NCBI GenBank assembly: GCA_015680685.1
Contig: MNCI01002391.1
Coordinates: 30,944-94,943 of the forward strand
Direction of reading: 5' to 3'
DNA: 64,000 bases
Source of the DNA: Gnetum montanum
Taxonomy: Eukaryota; Plantae; Gnetophyta
Positions 1 through 10,442 of the stretch are shown here, in pieces. Below the pieces are notes generated by a model. That model made no database searches, had not been told where the DNA came from, and worked only from the letters and a program-made list of their open reading frames with translations. Within the stretch, counting starts at the first letter, position 1, and each line of letters opens with the position of its first letter. The translations under genes and the position numbers were made by a program.

Positions 1-325
1 GAAAGCAATAAATAACATTAAATAAATAACAAATAAATAAACTAAGTGAATGCTGCAATGATGAAGTAATCTCGATCTTTATTGCCGGTCATGTGCGTGT
101 CCAAGTACGGCACACTCGAATAAAGACACCGTACAATCACATTCACCACACTGCGGGCAGACACGGGAAAATTCTAACTCTGGAGGGATCAAATTGCCAG
201 AGCTTCGCTACCTAAAACTGGGATCCTGAATAAGGGAGAGCCGCCTCTTATTTATAGAAATGACGGCTGACTGCGATATCGCGTACGCGATATCGTAGGG
301 AAGGACGCGATATCGCATACCATCA
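1..325 (-). mobile_element. Partial LTR (U3/R end) of a young Athila-like element inserted into the RNase H of an older element
   Basis: Ends in CATCA at 321-325 (TGATG on the - strand). Carries a - strand TATA (ctataaataagagg) and intact GCGATATCGC palindromes. Similar to the LTR ends at 3600-3716 and 9300-9432. RNase H codons start immediately after it. Confidence 0.8.
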
Positions 326-326
326 A

Positions 327-1932
327 CAACTTAACTACACCACAATGGAAAAAGAGTTGATGGCAGTGGTGTATGCCTTGGAGAATTTTAGGAACTATGC
401 AGTTGGATACAAGGTATTTGTGCATACTAATTACAATGCCATTCGCTTCCTTATGAACAAGCTGATGGTGTGAACCTGTGTCATATGGTAGCTGGTGATC
501 TTATAGAAGTTTGATCTTACAATGGTAGATCGAAAGGAAACTAAGAATGTGGTTACTAACCATCTATCTTGCTTAAAATGGAATAATAAAGAGGAGAAAA
601 GCTTCCTATTTGATTAATTTCCTGATGAACTTCTCTTTGTTGGTGCAATAAAATGAACAAGTACCTACTGAACCTAAGTGGTATGATGGCATCCTTCCTT
701 ATCTTCTTACTCAAGAGATGCCACAAGACTTAGATCACTGGAAGATACAATAGTTTCTTCATTAGGCCAAATGCTTCATGAAGATTAATAGACATCTTTA
801 CAAGGTGTGTGTTGATGGCCTAGTTCATTAGTGTGTCCCTACTGTTGATTAACTGTGCATTCTCCAAGATGCTAGTGAGGGGCTTTATGGGTGCCACAAT
901 GCAGGAAGATGCATGCCCATTAAGATCCTAATGATAGGGCATTATTGATTAAAAATCTTTAGGGACATCCATAAATTCATCCACTCTTGTCAACATTGTC
1001 AACAAGATGGTGGGATGATTACTCAAATAAAGAGGCCTCAACAATGGATCCAACCACTAGCCCCTTTGACATTTGGGGCATAGACTTCATGGATTGCATC
1101 ACACCCATGTCAAATGGAAAGGTGTACATAATAGTCACTATTGACTATTGTACAAAATGGGTAGAAGCAACAACCATCATCAACTGTACATCTTCCACTA
1201 TTGCTAGGTTTTTGTAATAGAATGTTGTAAACAAGTTTGGAGTGTCAAGTGCATTGATTTTTGACAACAATACTAATTTTACATGTGCTACTTTTCGCAA
1301 GCTCATGTAATGCTTGGAGGTTTAACATAAACTAACAACACCTGATCACACCTAAGCCAATAGTCAAGTAGAGGTTACCAATAGGGAGATCACCAAGATC
1401 TTAACTAAAATAATAAGAAAATATAGAAGAGACCAGAATAAAAACTTAACAATTCCCTCTAGGCATACCACCCAACATGGAAACTTCCAATAGGCTACTC
1501 TTCCTATGAGTTGTTGTGTGAGAAATTACCAACTCTTCTAATTCAATCTAAGCTATATACACTTTCAAAAACCTATGGCTTTGATCTTGACCTTAGCATA
1601 GCAAATAAAAAATAAAAAATAAAAAGATAACCTTAATATGCTAGATGAGAATTGATTGGTATTCCTATCCTTGAATGAAGTGCACAAAGCATTCAACAAA
1701 ACGTGCCATGACCTTAGAATAAGGGAAGTCAAATTTCAAACTGGAGACAAGGCCCTTTACTAGAACCCCACACATGTGCCTCAAAAGACTAAGCTTCAAA
1801 TGTTGTGGGGAGGACCTTATATCATTTATGAAACCTTTCTTCTAGGACCATGTTGATCTACAAACTTAAGAGCCAAAATAAGAAATAATTGGTTAACACA
1901 CAATAACTTAAACCTTTCCACGTGCCTAAGTA
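327..1932 (+). pseudogene. Degenerate Ty3/gypsy (Athila-like) pol: RNase H C-terminus plus integrase
   Basis: Translates to NYTTMEKELMAVVYALENFRNY (RH), CQHCQ (Zn finger), PFDIWGIDFM..IVTIDYCTKWVEA (rve) and WGGPY. Many stops and frameshifts. Confidence 0.9.
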
Positions 1933-2976
1933 AGCTAGTGCAAGCAACACCTCATCGAATGGACAACCTTGCTTCATCTTGTGAATCTCCTCCTTTCAAC
2001 TTAGTCATAGAAGAGATGGCCATCTATGCTAACCATATTAGTGAGTCCTCAGTTTTTCTACCTTTTTGTTTTATAGTTTCTTGATGTTTATGCCTTTTTG
2101 TTTTACACTTTGTTATTTTTCCAATTTTTTGTTTTAAAACATTGTTACTATGTTTTATCTTGCTTGAATATTTTTCAATTTCTTTTATATTTTACTTCCT
2201 TTTTGTGAGAATTTTTACTATTCTTTAATAAAATTCTTTATTTCCAATAGGACATTGTGGTGCTATAGCTATTGCTAATGGTGGTTTGTACTTAATGTTT
2301 TGATTGCTCATGTATGATTTCTATTTTTGAATTTTGATGATTAATAACTAAGACAAAGTTTCCTTTTCATAGAACATGCAATGAGTCCAGTTCATTCACC
2401 CATCCACAAATTCTATGGTTTTCTTGGTTTGGAAGTATGAGGTCCCTTTTCATTAATAAAACTTTAATGAACTTATGACCTTGGTAGTTTTCAAACATGG
2501 GAAAGATTCAAAGGTTTGCAAAGGGTGTGAATTCAAGGGAATTTAATATTCTTTGTGCCTTTCTACTTCCTTGAGTGTAATTGTATTTTCATGGATTTCT
2601 TACTATTCTGTGTCAACCAATAATAGGAAGTTAATAAGTCTTTGCATGATGTGGTTTCCATCTAAAAAATCCATAAAAACATAAAATTCAAAAAAGAAAA
2701 TAAACATGATGGAAATTCAAAGCACACCTCTTAGAAAAAATAATGGGCTACAAGCACTAGTTATGGGATTAGAAAGACATGTTAACCATGCCTAAGGGTC
2801 CCCTCTAACTAAGGCCCTTTCTCACTTCCTATTTCTTTTTTCTTCTCAAATAAGGAATGGTGATTGATATGTGGGAGAATTCTTCTATCTTAAGGGGGTG
2901 GTCTAGTTTTAGAGTGGTGATGCAAAGCCACTAAAAGTGGTTGGCTTTGATTTGGAATAAGGATGAACTTTATTAG

Positions 2977-3716
2977 TGATGAGTGGCAAGGTACCCCTAC
3001 ACTCAACCATACAAATATGAGCGTTACACGTGCGATCAGGTCAAACTCTAAGGACTAAGTGCTTACTCACCTTATGAAACACTTAAGGTTAATTAATCGT
3101 TGTCTTCCTAGACTTACTTGTATTGTCACAGTTGTATGGTTAAGTAAGTTTGAGGTATATGATTTTTATAACTTTTATCTTTTTATTGCCTATGCTAAGA
3201 GAGGAAAGGGTGAAGAGACTAAGTAACTAACTTTCACTAACTAAGCTTTAATCATCCTAGCATCAGTATNTTCGTTACTAGGTTACCAAGCATAGCACAC
3301 ATGCTCGAAGTGGTCGTACTGAATGCACTTAACTAGGAGTTGAGGGTTGAGAGAGATTAATTATCTAAGAAATCATTTAAGCATTTAACATTAATTAAAT
3401 CCTAATTAGCTTAGTCCATGCACTACAAATTTTATCAGAAAGTTCATCTTTATTTCCGTACACAAATGTGTGCTCAAGTACAACTTGCTCAAATAAAGAT
3501 CCGTTCACTTTGAGACTCCTACTGTGGGCACATGGAAATTATTCTATCTCTGGAATGGTAAAATTGTCAGAGTTTAGCTAAGGGTCTAGATCTAGATGAG
3601 AAAACAAGGGAAAGTTGCCTCTTATTTATAGAAAAGGTGACGGGTTGCAATATCGCGTACACGATATTGTAGGGGTCAATGCAATATCGTGGCCCATGCA
3701 ATATCGTGTCCCATCA
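2977..3716 (-). repeat. 3' LTR
   Basis: Follows the PPT AGTCATGGGGATA on the - strand and aligns with 8729-9432. Confidence 0.9.
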
Positions 3717-5707
3717 TATCCCCATGACTGAATGAAAACTCATCCTCAAGTTTCTTACAAAATATTAGGAAGGTATGGGATTATTGACTTGAATGACACT
3801 AATGGTAGATGGGGTGACATGTGAATGGATCATCATTACAATACATGGAAAAATTTAGTGTTCATGACAACAAGAGTGAACACTATACATAATTGACATC
3901 CAGCCTTATTTGGAAGTTGAGAGAGAAGAGAGAAGAGAGAGAGAAAAGAAGAAGTTTGCTACTGCCAATGCCAAGATTGCACCTTTCATTGTCAATCCAT
4001 AAGCATGACATCAATCTTATCCCTTGCATAACTGCTTCAGTGCCAGTCCATTCCAAGTGTTTCCTCCAGATCCAATCCATTGTTGTATGATTGCCATATG
4101 CACACACAACACAGTCTAATATTAGCAAGGATAAATGAATCATAATGAAATTGATACCTTGCTTTAGTGTAAGGTCCATTGGCTGAGTTTTGATATGGCT
4201 AATATAGATCTGGAGATATAATATTGGTGACTACCTGAGGTGTAGGGGTTTAGAGAAAATCAGAAAAATTGGACTAGCACCCCCATGACTGAGAGCGAAC
4301 CTCCAGTAGCAATAGAATGAAAAAGGATAAGGAATAAGAAAGATGAAAAAAAAAAAACAACAGGAACATCGATAAAATGAATGTAAAAGATGGAAATAAA
4401 CAAAATAATTGGTGATTTCATAAATGTTTAAGGGAAAGAAATTAATGGATGCACCAAATAGGAATGCCCGTGGGTCCTCCCCAAAGTAGGCTCATGCCCT
4501 AAATGCCCTAATAATCCTACATTTAAAGAATCCATAGGCTCTAGAAATGATACTCTATCAACCAAAATATCAGTACTCTATCAACCAAAATATCAGTACT
4601 CTATCACCTCATTGTTGGTTGTATCAGTACTCTATATTTTCCCACAAGAGTTTACCAAAAAAGAAAACAATGCATCAACCAAAATATAGAGTACTGATAC
4701 AACCGACAATGAGGTGATAATGGGAAAATAAGGATGGAAAGAAGAGAATGGTGGAATCTCAAGAATAAGATGGTGTACAAACCCTTGTGTATTAATGGTT
4801 AATGTGACCTAGTAGATCCCATTCCAAATCCAGCCTCAAACAAACCAAATTTAGTGACTTCGCATTAATACATTCGGCCCATCCATCCACTTGAAGTAAC
4901 AAGAATGCCTTCACCAAAGAGCCACCACAATTCCGATGAAACAAAGGGGCAGAGAGTAGGAAGTGAGAAGGGCCTTAGTTAGAGAGAACATGTTTATTTG
5001 AGTTCCATAACCAGTTCTTGTAGCCCAAATGATTATTTTTTTAAGTGGTGTGCTTTGAATTCTCACTATTGTTTTTTTTTGCATGAGAACCACACCATGC
5101 AAATACTTATTATTTTTATTTGCTCAGCTTCTTGATAATGTGGCAACATTAGAATAGTAAGAAAACTCAAGAAGAAAACATCCAAACACCCAAGAGAATG
5201 GCCAACACAAATGCATCAAATCCCCTTGAAGTCACACCCTTTTCAATCCTTGAGTCCTTCCTTAGTTTGAGAAATACCTAGTCACCGATTTGTTGATAGC
5301 TCTTATTATTGGAAAAGGGACTATACAGTTCCAAGCCAAGAGAGACCATAGAAATTTATGGATGCGTGGGTGATGTGGACTCATTGCGTGTTATATCAAA
5401 AGAACCATATCTTAGTATCAACATCATAACTTAAAGGTAAAAACCAAACATTAGCAATCAATGGAATATAGTTCATACCATCTTTGGAGCACTTATTAAG
5501 TGACGAATCAAACAAAGTAATCAAGCACACAAAGAAATGAAAAAGTATAAATGATGTCATAAAACAAAAATAAGAAAAGTTAAAGAAATCTGTAAAACAA
5601 AAATATGCAAAAAAAAATGTGTAAAAGAAAAATTTAAAAACATTGAGGGCCTCAAATGATCAACATAGGTGGCCATCTCCCCCATGACTGAATTGGAAGG
5701 GAGAGAT

Positions 5708-8476
5708 CTAAAATAGTGAGTGAGATCGTCCTCTCTCAAATGTGCTATGTGCATAGACCATTCTAGGTTCATGATAAGGGTTGGTCAGTTGCACATAGAC
5801 TAGTATTCTCCTATCAGAGTACTCATTTGGATTTTCTAAGAGTTTCCAACTTCCCTCGATTGATGCTTTCAGATTAAGGATTGGAAGTTGACGACACTCT
5901 TGCTCTAGTGCATCTATGCTTTCTTCGTGGGTGCAAGTTGATCCCCCAGTTAGTTCCATGTATATTGGTGGGTTTCTCTCTTGATTAGCTATCAACCAGT
6001 AGGTGTTCTCGTGTTGTGTGGTTGCTACATACAGGAACTTTTGTATGTTCACTTCCTAGGCACACTGATTGCATGTAGAAGATGTTGAACACTCCTGTAC
6101 GCTATCACCCTCTATATCACTGTATCTGATGCATGAAACCTTCTTCTTCTCAATCTTTCCATAAGTGTTTTCCTTAGATATTTTCAAGGAAATATTATGG
6201 ATTCCTAGGCATGTATTCATAGTACTTAGCCATGCCCTTCCCATTCTTATTGGGAATTCCTGCTTGTCATTATTGACTTGTATCACTAGGAAATCAGCTA
6301 GGTATGACCAACCACACACAGTGGTAATGATGTCCTCAACCAATCCCAAGGGAATAGTGATGAACTTGTCAGCTAGTTCTATGCAAATATTGCTCTTTTT
6401 TAGTGGAGGCAGGTTCTAGGCTTTATACATTTCCTGTGATATCAAGTTGACTCCGAAACCTAAGTCCAGAAGAGCCTAACGTGGTTCATTCCCAGCGATT
6501 TGGAGGTAGATTACGGGACTTCTAAGATTAGAGAGTTTCCTGGGAAGGTAGCCCACCTTTATCAAGTCAATGATAGTATGTGTTAACATAATTGTATGCG
6601 TTGAGCTCTATTGTTGGTTTGAAGGGAGCTCCGAAGCCTTATTTGATGGAGGAACGTTCAGAGGCTTAATCACTTGTGGTTGTGAGAGCTTGTTTGGACT
6701 ATTGATCCTAAAGAAAGGTCTTCTTCTTGTACGGTTGTCAGAACTAGTAGCGGGTTGAAGGTTTACTTCTCTCATAGCATTGTGTTGCTATGGTTGAGTG
6801 GGGAGTTCCCCTTGCATTGCTAAAGTGGGTTGTAGTGGAGCTATAGGTGTAAGATTCATGGGTGGATTTGGAGTATGGTATGCATGTGGTGTGTCTCTCC
6901 TAGGAGAAGGAGTCCTATAGTACTCCTGAGCTTGATAGTGATATTTTGGGGTAACGTGACCAACAGAGTCACTTGGAGAGACTGGCTACTACACGTAGTA
7001 GCCATATGGATTTGGTTACTGGTAAGGGTATTGTTGCCTTGGTGGTGGCATTCCCCATGACTGTGGGTATTGCCACTACTAGTGTTGCTCCATAGGTTGT
7101 GGTAGAGTTCCACTTGGATAAGATGTTAATTGTTGGTGGAACTACCTCAAGTTACATTGGGGATAAGGTAACCAACGGGGTGCTTGCCATTTGTTAAGTC
7201 TTGGGTTGAGTGCATACATCCTAGACTCTTGTAGATGTAAGATTATTGGGAAACATCCCTTAGGATGGTCATATTGGCAGATGTCACATCCATCATCATT
7301 TTCTGTATCTAAATTCACAACCTCTTCATTGATAGCTATTTTACCCTNGTCTGTATCTAAATTCACAACCTCTTCATTGATAGCTATTTTACCCTTACCT
7401 TTGTTATGTGCATGGTCCAAATCCCTCTTCTTTTTCTTATCATGGTCACTACTTCGCTCCCTAGACTCCTCTACGATTTTTAAAACAATTTCAAATCTAT
7501 TATCTAAGGAGTTTCACATTTGATCTACCTTAGCTGACACTTCTGTTGTTGATTTCTAAAGCAGCAAGGTTTTCCTATTCACTAACTCTTTGAGTGGTGA
7601 CTCATCCTCCTCCTCATAGAATCTTACTCCCCTCTTTCAGAGGGAAGGATTGCAGTTATACTCTTCTGCGCTTTCTCTCTTCTATAGCTCTCCTTCTTCC
7701 TTAGCTACTTGCTCCAAAAATCTATGAACCTCATGGGACCTAAGTTTAGATAATATTCCTTGGGCGTATGTCCCAAGGGTTCTCCTGGTTTCATGTGTTA
7801 GCCCATCTATGAGATGGCATAGTTGATCCTGTTGTGCGTAGCCATGGCTCGGGAAATGATGTAGTAATGCATAATATCGGCCCATGGTAGCATCCAAGGG
7901 TTCGTGATTACCATGCTTCCATCCTTGGATCTGCTTTCTCAAGTTGGACACTCAGGAGTACATTTGATATTTATTGTTAAACAATTCTAGCATCATACTT
8001 CACCTTCGAATGGATTCTGGTTCTAAGGACCGGTACCAGCTTTCCGCTTCTTTTATGAGTGTCCTTGGGAAAAACTTTAATTTTTTCCACTTGTTTTCAA
8101 TGTTCTACAAGGCACAGGCATCATGAAATGCCTATAAGTGGTTCTACAAATCAAGGTTGTATTCCCCCTCAAATCGTGGGATATTATTCATGTCTAGTCT
8201 CTTGATCCAGCTATCCTTTTGGTTCCTTGTAGGTATTCTAATGGCCTTTGTAATGTCTAATATGCTTTGGGTTGCAAGTAGGGGTTCATCATGATCATTT
8301 CTTTCATGGCTTCTGTGATGTCTACGCGGTTCCCTACTTTTCCTTCTTCCATGCCTTGATTCCCTAGAGTGCCCTTGTCCTTGCTCTCGTCTCTCTCATC
8401 AAGGTTTCTCATTTTGCTTACCCTTGTCCTCACAATGAGGTTCCTAGTAGCTACGTCCCAATGTTGAAGGAGAGGG
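5708..8476 (-). pseudogene. Degenerate gag, aspartic protease and a C-terminal unknown domain
   Basis: Gag motifs IPRFEG and LRKQIQGWK..HGYAQQDQLCHLIDGL. Protease motifs ALLDLGFGVNLI and LADFLVI..PIRMGRAWL. ORF 5708-6052 follows with no RT. Confidence 0.8.
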
Positions 8477-8728
8477 NNNNNNNNNNNNNNNNNNNNNNNN
8501 NNNNNNNNNNNNNNNNNNNNNNNNNNNNNNNNNNNNNNNNNNNNNNNNNNNNNNNNNNNNNNNNNNNNNNNNNNNNNNNNNNNNNNNNNNNNNNNNNNNN
8601 NNNNNNNNNNNNNNNNNNNNNNNNNNNNNNNNNNNNNNNNNNNNNNNNNNNNNNNNNNNNNNNNNNNNNNNNNNNNNNNNNNNNNNNNNNNNNNNNNNNN
8701 NNNNNNNNNNNNNNNNNNNNNNNNNNNN

Positions 8729-9432
8729 GTTAATCAATTTTTGTCTTTCCAGACTTACTTGTATTGTCACGATTGTATGGTTAAGTAAGTCTGAGGTATA
8801 TGATTTTTATAACTTTTATCTTTTTATCAGCTATGCTAAGAGAGGAAAGGGTGAAGAGACTAAGTAACTAACTTTTACTAACTAAGCTTTAATTATCCTA
8901 GCATCAGTATCTATTTCCATTTACTGTACACACCCTAAACTAGTGCAATGCTACTAGGATTACCAAACGCTATTTGTTACTGGGTTACCAAGCATAGCAC
9001 ACGTGCTCGAAGCGGTTGTATTGAATGCACTTAACTAGGAGTTGAGGGTTGAGAGAGATTAATTATCTAAGAAATAATTTAAGCATTTAACATTAATTAA
9101 ATCCTAATTATCTCAGTCCATGCACTGCAAGGTTTATCAGAAAGTTCATCTTTATTTCCGTACATAAATGTGTGCTCAGGTACAATTTGCTCAAATAAAG
9201 ATCCATTCACTTTAAGACTCCTACTGTGGGCACATGGAAATTATTCTATCTCTGGAATGGTAAAACTACCAGAGTTTAGCTAAGCATCTAGATCTAGATG
9301 AGGAAACAAGGGAAAGCCACCTCTTATTTATAGAGAAGGCGATGGGCTGCGATATCACGTACACGATATCGCAGGGTTTGACGCAATATCGTGGACGTGA
9401 TATCGTGGCCCATGCGATATCACATCCCATCA
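8729..9432 (-). repeat. 5' LTR (its 3' end is lost in the N gap)
   Basis: Aligns with 3088-3716 and ends in CATCA followed by the TSD. Confidence 0.9.
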
Positions 9433-10442
9433 ATTAGGTTATTTAACCATAGAATCCACAAGAAAAATCATGTGATCATGACTGGGAATTCCATTCCAAT
9501 TTCTCTCTTATCCATAATGCTTTCAATAACTCACTTGATTGTTGGTTGTCCATGTTCTTGTTTAATGTCTTAGTTTGAAGTGTTAAAATTCTTAGGTAGA
9601 TTCTTTTGGATTCGGTCCTTAAATTTTTCATAACCATTAATTAACTATGGAGCTCATGAACTCCATAGTTGAAGCTGTGCAAGAATAAAAAGGGCATGAA
9701 CCTACTATGGGGAGGATCCACTTGCATAGCTCTTAGTTGGGTTAGTTAAGTTCCTTATTCTTAGGTATTTCAATAATCAAATCTCTGGTGTGCCCCATCA
9801 ATGCATCCAACTGTGCACTTCTTAAGGCATTTTTCTTCAAAATTTCATTTTCTAAATCAACTTTTCAAAATTTTTGAACTTCAAAGCCCTCTTCTAATGT
9901 TTTCACCATGTTTACAGCTTTTCTAGCTCTTTATGGACATTAATTCCATAAGAAAACTCTTTGTATTTTTCAAGATATTCAAAGTGAAAATTTTGATCAT
10001 AGGCTTCGTAGATGTGTATTTGTCGATGGAGTCCATGTGTAAATAGGATTCCATATATAGGGTTCCACTGATGTAGGGGTCCAACTACCTATATATAGGT
10101 GATCACACTTAGTGATTTTCACATTTGGTTCAAAACAAGGGGGGAGCTTTTTTCAATTTTTCATAGCCCATAACCTTCCAACAGACATATCTTCCTAAGT
10201 GTTTATTTGATTCACTCCATTCTTTGATCTTGTAGCTATCATAGGTAAGCTCTTCATTGTGGGGGCCACAAACCTTAAGTTTTTGATAAAAAAATTTTCC
10301 AAAAAATTTCTAATTTTCACAAATGTTTAACAAAGAAATCAACATTAAAATATCAATTTATGCAAGTTAAACCCTTTCAACAAGATCCAGTAACATTCTA
10401 ATTTAAAAATCATTAAAATAATAATAAAATAACCAATTCACC

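Larger units (their letters stand above)
2977..9432 (-). mobile_element. Complete non-autonomous Athila-like LTR element (gag-protease-domain X; no RT/RH/INT)
   Basis: TGATG...CATCA termini with a 5-bp TSD ATTAG at 2972-2976 and 9433-9437. PPT at about 3717-3730. The two LTRs are similar. An N gap at 8477-8728 hides the PBS. Confidence 0.9.

Noticed and set aside
3270-3270. Apparent ~65 bp deletion in the 3' LTR relative to the 5' LTR
   Set aside because: It coincides with an N, so it is an assembly gap.
3883-5102. Short ORFs in the 3' UTR, and similar small ORFs elsewhere
   Set aside because: They have no recognisable motifs and are shadow frames of TE sequence.
7303-7394. Perfect ~45 bp tandem duplication in gag
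   Set aside because: The copies are separated by an N, so this is probably a contig-overlap artefact.
8930-9040. Possible Cassandra-like 5S rRNA domain in the LTRs
   Set aside because: Only short TTGGTAACCCAGTAG repeats are present, with no colinear 5S A/C boxes.
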